A stretch of DNA of 20,243 nt, from contig CAZHPN010000111.1 of assembly GCA_964534375.1 (NCBI GenBank), positions 1 to 20,243 of the forward strand, in the 5' to 3' direction. Shown piece by piece: positions 1-8,008 of this stretch. Numbering within the stretch: position 1 is the first letter of the stretch; the number at the start of each line of letters is the position of its first letter. The DNA is from an uncultured bacterium. Its GTDB lineage: Bacteria; Lernaellota; Lernaellaia; Lernaellales; Lernaellaceae. The position numbers and the translations under genes are program-made. The notes beneath the pieces were generated by a model. It did not search any database. It was given only the letters and a program-made list of their open reading frames with translations, and was not told where the DNA came from.

Positions 1-305
1 CGGCCGTCGGCGCGCTGCCGGCCAAAGAGCTGTTCGTCGCGCAACTCGGCATCGTCTTTTCACTCGGCCAGTCGGGCGAGGCGCCCGATTCGCTGCGCCA
101 CGCGCTCACGCGCAGCTATTCGCCGCTGCAGGGCTTCTGCATCATGCTGTTCATGCTGATCGCCGCGCCCTGCGCCGCGACGCTGGTGGTGATGGGCCGC
201 GAATCCGGCGCCTGGAAATGGGCCGCGCTGCAATTCGGCGGCCTGACGGCGCTCGGCTGGCTGCTGGCGACGCTCGTCTATCAAATCGGGCGCGCGATTT
301 CGTAA
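1..305 (+). CDS. feoB: Ferrous iron transporter FeoB, C-terminal part (5'-truncated by window)
   Basis: Manual translation from position 3: AVGALPAKELFVAQLGIVFS...FMLIAAPCAATLVVMGRESGAWKWAALQFGGLT...VYQIGRAIS, stop TAA at 303-305. The AKE..V and PC.AT...RE.G.WKW motifs match the FeoB C-terminus, and a FeoB-associated small protein follows. Confidence 0.93.
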   Translation, partial: AVGALPAKELFVAQLGIVFSLGQSGEAPDSLRHALTRSYSPLQGFCIMLFMLIAAPCAATLVVMGRESGAWKWAALQFGGLTALGWLLATLVYQIGRAIS

Positions 306-306
306 C

Positions 307-341
307 GGGTTCCGGCTTCCGGGGTCCGGGATTCGGGATTC
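307..341 (+). repeat. Heptamer tandem array (GGGATTC-like, 5 units)
   Basis: gggttcc ggcttcc ggggtcc gggattc gggattc, directly after the feoB stop. Confidence 0.8.
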
Positions 342-345
342 TGGG

Positions 346-375
346 CCTGCCTGCCGTAGCTTTGGCGTAGGCAGG
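346..375. repeat. Short palindromic (REP-like) element
   Basis: cctgcct-gcc-gtagcttt-ggc-gt-aggcagg: 7-bp outer stem plus 3-bp inner stem. Confidence 0.6.
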
Positions 376-389
376 TTCGGGGCGGTGAT

Positions 390-611
390 ATGAATATCGG
401 TTGGGAAAACGTAATCGTCATAATTCTCGTCGCGTCGTCCGCCGGACACCTCATTTGGCGTTGGCGGAACCGGCGAAAAAACCGCGCCGCCTCGCCGTGC
501 AACGGCGACTGCGCCAACTGCCCGATGTGGCGGGAAATTCACGACTGCGTCGATCCGCCCCGGCGAGTCGAAAACGAGCCGCGCGACGAACCGCGCGGCT
601 ACGGGCCGTAA
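390..611 (+). CDS. FeoB-associated Cys-rich membrane protein
   Basis: 73 aa with an N-terminal hydrophobic segment, basic patch and CNGDCANCP motif, immediately downstream of feoB. Confidence 0.85.
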   Translation: MNIGWENVIVIILVASSAGHLIWRWRNRRKNRAASPCNGDCANCPMWREIHDCVDPPRRVENEPRDEPRGYGP

Positions 612-1111
612 TGCAAGATCGTGCCCCGATCGCCGACGGCGAATACATCGCTCCGTGAGGTTCCCCAAACGCCGGACAGCCCCAGCGCCCCGGTCGGTAC
701 GTCCATATCCGACCACACGGATCCGTCGTAATGGGGAATTGCAGCGTGTATTGCAGGAAGAGGGATATCTTCCACCTCGAAATCGTCTGAGGCCGAGCTT
801 CCCCAACCGCCGTACAATTGCCTCGTCGGCGGCGTCATCGCCGACGACCACGAACCGTCGTAATGAATAATCACGCCGGCGTTCGAAGAATTGATTCCCA
901 AGGCGAAAACGTCCGAGGCCGCGCCTCCCCAAACGCCAAGTAAATCCGCCGTCGTACCGCCGTTCATTGGCGACCGGAAAGGCTTGTTGTCATCATCAAT
1001 CACGTTAAGAGCGTGACTGTGGCTGCTGCCGCCGGAACAATCGCAAGCCGCCGCGCCGACGACCATCGTCATGGTCATGAAAAGCAAAAATAACCAATTG
1101 GCGCGTTTCAC
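599..1111 (-). CDS. Putative lipoprotein with three WG-S-SDVFAVG propeller-type repeats (short, partly degenerate paralog of 18495..19865)
   Basis: GGAGG RBS before a GTG start; signal peptide MKRANWLFLLF...GAAAC; repeats GVWGGAASDVFALG, GGWGSSASDDFEVE and GVWGTSRSDVFAVG; ends in HYGP, similar to the paralog's HYGQ. Confidence 0.75.
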   Translation of the reverse strand: MKRANWLFLLFMTMTMVVGAAACDCSGGSSHSHALNVIDDDNKPFRSPMNGGTTADLLGVWGGAASDVFALGINSSNAGVIIHYDGSWSSAMTPPTRQLYGGWGSSASDDFEVEDIPLPAIHAAIPHYDGSVWSDMDVPTGALGLSGVWGTSRSDVFAVGDRGTILHYGP

Positions 1112-1193
1112 AGCGACGCCTCCATTGCTCGTTTCGGGTCACGAATCGGTGCGATTGATCGAAAAGCGTTTGTCGATTGCAGACCTAAGCTTT

Positions 1194-3029
1194 TCATTCC
1201 TTGTCGTCAACATCGGGGACTGCGCCCGGCTGGTCTTTTTTCTCGCGCTCGGGCCCCGGCGCCTTTTTGGTCCGGAAAATCAGGTGAAACGGCCGCGCCG
1301 GTTCGCCGGTTTCGGCGTGAAAGCCGTTGTCGCCCACGCGGTTGAGCCACAGCGCATAAACCTTGCCCGGTTCGAGCTTCACGACGGCCTCCCAGGTCTT
1401 CGCATCGACCCACCGCGGTTTGCCCACGATTACGGGCATTTTGCCGGCATGGCTGGGGAAAGTGCGGCATTCGAATGACATGGGTTTGTCGAACACGACG
1501 CGCAGGCGCGTCGTCGCCGGGTCGACGGCCTCGTCGCCGGAGCGCGGCGCCGACGAGACGACCGCCGCGCCGTACGGCTCGTAGAAATGCTTCTTCATCA
1601 CCTGGGCGACCAGGGCCGGATCATCCGTCTTTTTTTCTTCTTTGACCGCCGCGGCGACGATCCATTCGAGTTGCGGATCGCGCCCGGCGAAATAATCGCT
1701 CAGCAACCGCGGCACTTTCACGTCGGGGTTGAGTCCATCTTCGGGATCGGATTTCGGCCGCGGGCGAACCCGAGTGCAGAAAGAGACGCGAAGCGTCAAG
1801 CCGTGGCCCAATTTGAAATGCAGCAAATCGCCGTAATGGGTCGGCGCGTTGCCCGTCTTTTCCCCGACAACGACGCCGATTTCGTTGTCCTTATACAAGG
1901 TCGGCAAATCCGTGGCGGCGCTCATGGACCCTTTGTCGACAAGGAAAAAAACGCGGCCCTTGAAGGACGAAACCCCGGCCTCCGAACCGGGCTTGCGCCA
2001 AACGTCTTCCGTCGGCGTCGTGACGTCGCTGCCCTCCACGAAATGATAATTCCTTCGCAGCAGATGCCGCTGCTCCTTCGCCTGGTCGCTGACCCGCATC
2101 TGCGTGGTGAAGTTCTTGAACCGGTATCCGGGCATCTTGTTGAAAAATTCCTGGAAGACGTCCATCTTGCCGCCGGGATCGCCGCGCACGTCCACCACCA
2201 TTCGCGTCATTTCTTCCTGCGACAACCGATAAAAGAAATTCTGGACGCTATGGCGATAGTCGTCGTCGAGTTCGCATTTCGCCAACCGGAAGTAGCCGGT
2301 GTGGATCTCCGGAATCGTTTTCCAAAAATTCGGCACGGCCGGCGGGTTGGGCATCCGGCGCAGCCCCGAAAAGGCGACGGGCGCCGTTCTTGTTTGGCCG
2401 TCCTTTTGCACTTTGATTTCCACGACGTCGCCCAGCGGCTGGCGCGTCAAAAAACGCAAATAGAACCGGGTCGGCAGCAATTCCAAGGCAAAGTGGCGCG
2501 CGCTTTCGGCGTTCTCGGCCGCATATACGTCGAGATAATTTTTGAGAATTCCCTCCGCGTCGACGCCGGCGATCGTCTCGACGCGGCTGTTCCGCAACTC
2601 CGCGTAACCTTCGGCCGCATCGACGATGCCGATGCCGTCCGCCGCCCAAACGAACGACAGCGGCAAATATTTGTCGCGGCCGTGATACCGCAAAGAGTCA
2701 TGGACATCGCCGACCGGTTTGACCAATTGCGTCGCCAGCAAATAAAAGTCGGCCATCGTCATCGGCTGGTCGCACTGCTCGTGCAGCCGCTTCGCCAACG
2801 CGTGATAATCTTCCTTTTTCATCCGGTAATACGGATTGACGTGGACGTCTTCCACAGTCTTTTGGATCTTGTCCAACAACTCGTGCATTGTCTTCGGCGG
2901 GAGCCGTTTTTCACCCGCGTCGTCCGGTTCGGCCGCGGACGACCAAATCACGGAAGCCAGCAACGCAAAAAGCGCGCCGGCGACGACAAAAAGCAAAATC
3001 CTGGATGACGGCCGGCGGACGACTGCCAT
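1194..3029 (-). CDS. S41-family (tail-specific/C-terminal processing-like) serine peptidase with C-terminal bacterial Ig-like domain
   Basis: Signal peptide; VVDVRGDPGG, LVDKGSMSAA, VVGEKTG and GLNPDV motifs typical of S41; C-terminal VVSSAPRSGDEAVDPATTRLRVVFDKPM resembles a Big_5-type Ig start; GGAGG RBS. Confidence 0.85.
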   Translation of the reverse strand: MAVVRRPSSRILLFVVAGALFALLASVIWSSAAEPDDAGEKRLPPKTMHELLDKIQKTVEDVHVNPYYRMKKEDYHALAKRLHEQCDQPMTMADFYLLATQLVKPVGDVHDSLRYHGRDKYLPLSFVWAADGIGIVDAAEGYAELRNSRVETIAGVDAEGILKNYLDVYAAENAESARHFALELLPTRFYLRFLTRQPLGDVVEIKVQKDGQTRTAPVAFSGLRRMPNPPAVPNFWKTIPEIHTGYFRLAKCELDDDYRHSVQNFFYRLSQEEMTRMVVDVRGDPGGKMDVFQEFFNKMPGYRFKNFTTQMRVSDQAKEQRHLLRRNYHFVEGSDVTTPTEDVWRKPGSEAGVSSFKGRVFFLVDKGSMSAATDLPTLYKDNEIGVVVGEKTGNAPTHYGDLLHFKLGHGLTLRVSFCTRVRPRPKSDPEDGLNPDVKVPRLLSDYFAGRDPQLEWIVAAAVKEEKKTDDPALVAQVMKKHFYEPYGAAVVSSAPRSGDEAVDPATTRLRVVFDKPMSFECRTFPSHAGKMPVIVGKPRWVDAKTWEAVVKLEPGKVYALWLNRVGDNGFHAETGEPARPFHLIFRTKKAPGPEREKKDQPGAVPDVDDKE

Positions 3030-3067
3030 GTTGCCTCCCTTTGCGCGAACATCCCGAGTTGCCGGCC

Positions 3068-3076
3068 ATTATGCCA
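3068..3076 (-). promoter_or_regulatory. Possible extended -10 promoter for the S41 gene
   Basis: Minus strand TGGCATAAT about 40 nt upstream of the ATG; no clear -35. Confidence 0.35.
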
Positions 3077-3142
3077 AATAATTGTCGCCGGCGCGCGATC
3101 TCGTTGCGCAGGTTTGCGCGCAACAAAACCTTTGCGGCCGGC

Positions 3143-3167
3143 GCCTGCCCCGAGCGAAGTCGAGGGG
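3143..3167. repeat. Short palindromic (REP-like) element inside a repetitive intergenic tract
   Basis: gcctgccccgagcgaagtcgagggg lies between ctttgcg and ctctgcggtg motifs; 9-nt periodic aatcctgta gatcctgtt gatcagtc follows at 3220-3246. Confidence 0.5.
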
Positions 3168-3284
3168 CGTCTCTGCGGTGAAAAAATCTGCGTTGGGTGC
3201 AGGCGAAGGCCGCGCTGGGAATCCTGTAGATCCTGTTGATCAGTCAAAAGAACCGCAATCTCCCAATGGCAGCGGCGCCTCGGG

Positions 3285-3314
3285 TTGTCTGGAATGCGTT
3301 GCGGAAGCTATGCT
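3285..3314 (+). promoter_or_regulatory. Putative sigma70 promoter giving a near-leaderless transcript
   Basis: TTGTCT (3285-3290), 18 nt spacer, TATGCT (3309-3314); ATG at 3324 with no Shine-Dalgarno. Confidence 0.45.
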
Positions 3315-3323
3315 AGCAGCGTC

Positions 3324-3992
3324 ATGAAACACACCATCGCTCTTTGCTGCCTGCTGCTCGGCCTGATCGCTTGCGCCCGGAACCGGGGCGCGGTCATCGA
3401 CGTCCGCTGCGACTCGGCGCCGGCGATGCAGGCGCGGCTGTTGCTGCGGCTGCCGCATCTGCAAGAGATCGAGACCGCGGTGGAGCCCGACGGCCTCTGG
3501 CGCCAACTGTCGTGGCCGGCGGACCGCGTGGCCGTGCTCGGCTTCGGGGCGGAGCCGGGCGCGTGGCGATTTTCGCCGGCCGCGCTGGCCGGCGACGCGG
3601 CCGAAGCGCTGGCGCCGCGGGCGCGGCAACGCCTGGATCGCTTTCTGGTCCACGCCCGCGACGCCGAGGCGGCGCGGCGCGCGGACGACCCGGCGCGCGG
3701 GCGGGCGTTGGCGCTGCACACGACGCGCGCGTTGGCGACGGAACTCATCGGCAAAACCCGGCTGCCGGTCGTGTTTGCGCGCTTCGATATCGCCGGCCTC
3801 GACGAGGACATCTACGCCGCCGACGCGATCCGCGACATGGTCTTCTTGGCCGGACCGGCGGCGCCGACGGTGATTTGGCTGGGCGACGGCCGGCGCCGCG
3901 TGACGCTGGCCGCCGGCGCTCGGAAGCCGGCGGTTCCCGCTGAGCTTTTGCAAGCAGAAATTGTCGCCCTTTTGGATGGCAACCGAATTTGA
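3324..3992 (+). CDS. Hypothetical lipoprotein (222 aa)
   Basis: MKHTIALCCLLLGLIAC lipobox; start placed at ATG 3324 rather than the ORF-track start at 3285; no recognisable domain. Confidence 0.7.
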   Translation: MKHTIALCCLLLGLIACARNRGAVIDVRCDSAPAMQARLLLRLPHLQEIETAVEPDGLWRQLSWPADRVAVLGFGAEPGAWRFSPAALAGDAAEALAPRARQRLDRFLVHARDAEAARRADDPARGRALALHTTRALATELIGKTRLPVVFARFDIAGLDEDIYAADAIRDMVFLAGPAAPTVIWLGDGRRRVTLAAGARKPAVPAELLQAEIVALLDGNRI

Positions 3993-4023
3993 CACACGCC
4001 GGCGCACGATAGCGCGGGCCAGC

Positions 4024-4052
4024 TTGTCATTCGCCCGCCGCTGAAGCAAAAT
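4024..4052 (+). promoter_or_regulatory. Putative promoter of the TA pair
   Basis: TTGTCA (4024-4029), 17 nt spacer, CAAAAT (4047-4052). Confidence 0.35.
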
Positions 4053-4111
4053 AGGTTCAAACACTCACAGTGCGGTCGTTGGCAGCAACCAAAATATAGA
4101 GAGGGACGGAA

Positions 4112-4399
4112 TTGAACGGCTGGCGTTTTGTCTTCAGCCGGCATGCGATCGAGCGAATGTTCGAGCGCTCGATCAGCAAGGACGAAGTTCTCGCCGCGAT
4201 CGAGTACGGAGAGGTAATCGAGGAATATCCGAACGACAGTCCTTTTCCGAGCGTCGTCAAGCTCGCGCGCGTGGGCGATCGTTTTCTCCACGTGGTAATT
4301 GCGGAAGATGCAAAGAAACACATGGTGTACGTCATTACAGTGTATGATCCGGACCCAGCGCTCTGGGACGAGCAACTTAAGAAACGGAGGCCGCGATGA
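4112..4399 (+). CDS. DUF4258-family protein (putative RelE-like toxin)
   Basis: FSRHAIERMFERSIS...GEVIEEYPNDSPFPS...LHVVIA...VITVYDPDPALW is the characteristic DUF4258 pattern; TTG start after GAGGGA. Confidence 0.85.
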   Translation: MNGWRFVFSRHAIERMFERSISKDEVLAAIEYGEVIEEYPNDSPFPSVVKLARVGDRFLHVVIAEDAKKHMVYVITVYDPDPALWDEQLKKRRPR

Positions 4400-4620
4400 A
4401 TTGCGTATTGTGCCGACACGGTGAAACACACCCCGGGGCGGTCACCGTAACCTTGCAACGCGGACCCACCACCGTAATCATCAAAGAAGTCCCTGCGGAT
4501 GTTTGTGAAAACTGCGGCGAATACTATTTGTCGGCGGAAATCGCCGATCGCGTACTGCGCATCGCCGAAGAGGCCGCCGGCAAAGGCGCCGAGGTGGAAA
4601 TTCTGCGCTTTGCCGCGTGA
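4396..4620 (+). CDS. YgiT-type zinc-finger protein (MqsA N-terminal-like; putative antitoxin)
   Basis: MNCVLC...IIKEVPADVCENCGEYY with two CxxC pairs; ATGA overlap with the upstream gene. Confidence 0.88.
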   Translation: MNCVLCRHGETHPGAVTVTLQRGPTTVIIKEVPADVCENCGEYYLSAEIADRVLRIAEEAAGKGAEVEILRFAA

Positions 4621-4671
4621 ACCCGGCGGCGCTCGCTCGAATCCCCCGGTCGCCGCCGAGAGAGCGATCCC

Positions 4672-5133
4672 ATGCGCGTTGTGATACAGCGAGTCAAACG
4701 GGCGTCGGTGACGATCGACGGCCGGGAAACGGGCGCGATCGGCAAGGGCCTGCTGGTCCTGCTCGGCGTTCACCAAGACGACCGCGAGCCGGACGTCGAT
4801 TTTCTCGTCAGCAAGACGATCGGCCTGCGCATTTTCCCCGATGACGAAGGCAAGATGAATCGCGGCCTGCTCGAGGTCGGCGGGGCGCTGCTGATCGTCA
4901 GCCAGTTCACGCTCTACGGCGACGCCCGCAAGGGCAAACGGCCGAGTTTCGTCGACGCCGCGCCGCCGCCGCTCGCGATTCCGCTATACGAGAAATTCCT
5001 TGCGCGGGCCCGCGCGCTCGGCGCGCCGGTGGCGACCGGCGAATTCGGCGCGATGATGGACGTCGAGCTGGTCAACGACGGCCCGGTGACCATCATCATT
5101 GACTCACCGAAAGCAATGAACAGTGAGCAGTGA
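4672..5133 (+). CDS. dtd: D-aminoacyl-tRNA deacylase
   Basis: [31 protein letters not shown] signature motifs. Confidence 0.97.
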   Translation: MRVVIQRVKRASVTIDGRETGAIGKGLLVLLGVHQDDREPDVDFLVSKTIGLRIFPDDEGKMNRGLLEVGGALLIVSQFTLYGDARKGKRPSFVDAAPPPLAIPLYEKFLARARALGAPVATGEFGAMMDVELVNDGPVTIIIDSPKAMNSEQ

Positions 5134-5310
5134 GAAGCGAAAAGTGAACAGTGATCAGTGAGCAGTGGTTTGAAGTCTCATCTTCTGACACAGGTCGCAT
5201 CATCGCAGCGCGATCGTCAACATTTCCCGAAATGTGACTTGGCGTGAATAGGCAGACGGCGATGAACAAAGGGTCGCGAACCACTGTTCACTGTTCACTG
5301 CTCGCTGTTC
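5118..5310. repeat. Inverted pair of heptamer arrays (GAACAGT-like) between convergent genes
   Basis: Seven units at 5118-5166 (gaacagt gagcagt gagaagc gaaaagt gaacagt gatcagt gagcagt) and four reverse-complement units at 5283-5310 (actgttc actgttc actgctc gctgttc). Confidence 0.85.
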
Positions 5311-6194
5311 ACTAACTTCGCGCTCACGGCCCAGAGCCGTTCGGCCGCGTCGTCGTCGCAGCCGGCCGGCGAGGTCTGCTTCGGCTTGCACTTGGCGAAG
5401 TACTGCCCGGTGACGTCCGCCACGTCGGGCGACGAGGCCAGATAAACGCTGGTGCGCGCGCCTTTTTCGGGCGACATCATGAACGGCCGGGCCAACCGCA
5501 TCGCCCAGTCGAACGGGCCGGTCACATCGCCGCCGGCCCCCCAGCCCGTGGCGACGACGCCGGGGTGCAGGCAATTCGCGGTGACGCCGGTTCCGGCCAG
5601 CCGCCGCGCGAGCGCACGCGTGAAGAGGATGTTGGCCAGTTTCGACTGGGAGTACACGGAATTTGCGAAATAGCGGTGTTCGTGCTGCAGATCGTCGAAA
5701 TCGAGCCCGGCCGTCTGCCGGTGCGCCTCCGACGCCACTGTCACCACACGCGCCGGCGCCGACGCGACGAGCGCGTCGCGCAGAAACGCGGTCAACAAGA
5801 ACGGCGCGAGGTGATTGACGGCGAAGGTCGTCTCCAGGCCGTCGACGGTGACGGTGCGACGGCTGAGGATCACGCCGGCGTTGTTGAGCAGCACGTCGAG
5901 GCGGCCGAACGTCTGTTTGAATTCCGCCGCCAGCCGCCGTACTTCCTTTTGCGAAGAAAGGTCGGCGACGAGCATCTCGACCCGGTTGTTGCCCGACGCC
6001 GAACGGATGTCGGCCAACGCCGTCTCCAGCGCCGGCCGGTCGCGGCCGGAAATGACAACACGCGCGCCCATTTTCGCCAGCGCCCGCGCGGCCGCTTTGC
6101 CGATGCCGGAATTGGCCCCGGTGATGAGCACCGTCTTGCCTTCCATCGCCGTCGTGTTTTCCAGTTCGCTTTCGCTCTTGCAATCCGCAGCCAT
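5295..6194 (-). CDS. SDR-family oxidoreductase (retinol dehydrogenase-like)
   Basis: TGANSGIG nucleotide-binding motif, NNAG, YSQSK catalytic motif, HPGVVAT; GGAGG RBS before ATG 6194. Confidence 0.95.
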   Translation of the reverse strand: MAADCKSESELENTTAMEGKTVLITGANSGIGKAAARALAKMGARVVISGRDRPALETALADIRSASGNNRVEMLVADLSSQKEVRRLAAEFKQTFGRLDVLLNNAGVILSRRTVTVDGLETTFAVNHLAPFLLTAFLRDALVASAPARVVTVASEAHRQTAGLDFDDLQHEHRYFANSVYSQSKLANILFTRALARRLAGTGVTANCLHPGVVATGWGAGGDVTGPFDWAMRLARPFMMSPEKGARTSVYLASSPDVADVTGQYFAKCKPKQTSPAGCDDDAAERLWAVSAKLVNSEQ

Positions 6195-6272
6195 AGCGCC
6201 CTCCGGCGTGGTTATTTGAGTGCAAGATGGCGACGGCGGGCGGAAAACGCCAGTGGCGGCGAACGAAAAAAA

Positions 6273-7085
6273 CTAGCGGAGCGTCGGCGCCGCCCGCGGA
6301 TCGAGCTTGTCGCGCAAGGCGTCGCCGAGGAAATTGCAGGCCAGCACTGTCAGCGCGATCGCCGCGCCGGGCACGAGCGACAAATGCGGCGCGAACAGCA
6401 GGTAATCGACGCCCGAGGCGAGCATGCCGCCCCAGGTCGGAATATTTTGCGGGCCGAGCCCCAGAAACGACAGGCTGGCCTCCGCCAAAATCGCGCCGGC
6501 GAGGCCGAAGGTCGCCTGCACGACGATCGCCGGCAGCACGTTCGGCAGAATGTGCCGGCGCAGGATGCGGCCGGCCGGCGCGCCATAGCTTTCCGCCGCC
6601 AGTACGAAGTCGCGTTCGCGCAGGCTCAGCGCCTGCCCGCGGGCGAGCCGCGCAAAGCCGGTCCAGCCGAGGATCGAGAGCGCGAAGATCACATTTCGCA
6701 GCGACGGGCCGAGAATGCCGGCGATAGCGATCGCCAGCAAAATGCCGGGAAACGCCAGCAAAACGTCGACGAGGCGCATGACGATCTGGTCGACGGCGCC
6801 GCCGAACCAGCCGGCCAGCAGGCCGACGGTCACGCCCAGCGCCGCGGAAATCGCCACCACGGTCAGCCCCGCGATGGCGCTCGCCCGCGCGCCGGCGATG
6901 ATGCGCGAGGCCAGGTCGCGGCCCAGTTCATCCTGCCCGAGCCAGTGCGCGCGGCTCGGCCCGGAGAGCGCGTTTTCCAGGTCGAGCGCGGCCGGATCGC
7001 GCGGCGCCAGCCAGGGGCCGAAGACCGCCGCCATCGCCAGCAGCGCCAGCACCGCGAGGCCGACGATCGCGGCCGGCGATTTCAT
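6273..7085 (-). CDS. Oligopeptide/dipeptide/nickel ABC transporter permease (DppC/OppC-like)
   Basis: HWLGQDELGRD, EAA-loop variant FVLAAESYGA, RHILPN, EASLSFLGLG, LGDALRD. Confidence 0.93.
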   Translation of the reverse strand: MKSPAAIVGLAVLALLAMAAVFGPWLAPRDPAALDLENALSGPSRAHWLGQDELGRDLASRIIAGARASAIAGLTVVAISAALGVTVGLLAGWFGGAVDQIVMRLVDVLLAFPGILLAIAIAGILGPSLRNVIFALSILGWTGFARLARGQALSLRERDFVLAAESYGAPAGRILRRHILPNVLPAIVVQATFGLAGAILAEASLSFLGLGPQNIPTWGGMLASGVDYLLFAPHLSLVPGAAIALTVLACNFLGDALRDKLDPRAAPTLR

Positions 7086-8008
7086 CGGGCCCCCAGGCGG
7101 ATGCGCGGATCGACCGCGGCGTACAGCAAATCGACCGCGAGGTTGATCAGCACGTACGCGAAACTAATGTAGAGCACGCAGCCCTGCACGACCGGGTAGT
7201 CGCGGCTCTGAATCGCCTCGATGAACAGCGTGCCGACGCCCGGCCAGGAAAACACGCGTTCGGTGATGATCGCGCCGGAAAGCAGCGCGCCGAATTGCAG
7301 CCCGACCAGCGTGACGACCGGGATCAGCGCGTTGCGCAGCACGTGCTTGAAGAGCACCACGCGCTCGGGCAGCCCCTTCGCGCGCGCGGTGCGGACGAAA
7401 TCCTCCGACAGTGTTTCCAGCACGCTCGCCCGCGTCATGCGCGACAGAATTGCCGCCATGCCCAGGCCTAGCGTCAGCGCCGGCAGCACGAGGCTCGCGA
7501 GCCCCTCGCGGCCACCGACCGGGAACCAGCCGATTTTCAGCGCGAACAGCCAGATGAGGATCGGCCCCACCCAGAAATTCGGCGCCGACGCCCCGACCAG
7601 CGCGCCGAACATGGCGACGTTGTCGAAAACTCCGTACTGCTTGACCGCCGCCAGCACGCCGGTCGGGATCGCGATCAGCAGCGCGATCGCCAGCCCCGCC
7701 AGCGCCAGCTCGATCGTCGCCGGCGCGCGCTCCAGCAGCACGTGCGCCACCGGTTGGCGATAGAAAAAGCTCTCGCCCACGTCGCCGCGGACCAGCCCGC
7801 GCAAAAACCGGCCGTATTGTTGGGGTAACGGATCGTTCAGGCCGAGCGCGTTGCGCAGCGCCTCTTTGTCCGCCTGCGCCGCGGTTTCGCCGAGCATCAC
7901 CTCGACCGGATCGCCCGGAATCATGTGCAGAAAAAAGAAGACGAGCGTCGCCACGCCCAGCGCGGTCGGGATAAGCAGCAGCAACCTGCGACCGACGAAG
8001 CGGGTCAT
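7082..8008 (-). CDS. Oligopeptide/dipeptide/nickel ABC transporter permease (DppB/OppB-like)
   Basis: Start MTRFVGRRLLL at 8008 (ATGA overlap with the upstream stop); IPGDP, DFVRTARAKGL, RDYPVVQG, DPRIR. Confidence 0.93.
   Translation of the reverse strand: MTRFVGRRLLLLIPTALGVATLVFFFLHMIPGDPVEVMLGETAAQADKEALRNALGLNDPLPQQYGRFLRGLVRGDVGESFFYRQPVAHVLLERAPATIELALAGLAIALLIAIPTGVLAAVKQYGVFDNVAMFGALVGASAPNFWVGPILIWLFALKIGWFPVGGREGLASLVLPALTLGLGMAAILSRMTRASVLETLSEDFVRTARAKGLPERVVLFKHVLRNALIPVVTLVGLQFGALLSGAIITERVFSWPGVGTLFIEAIQSRDYPVVQGCVLYISFAYVLINLAVDLLYAAVDPRIRLGAR

Noticed and set aside
599..1111. Possible DGR template/variable-repeat pair with the propeller gene
   Set aside because: No near-identical nucleotide repeat with adenine-specific mismatches and no reverse transcriptase in the window.
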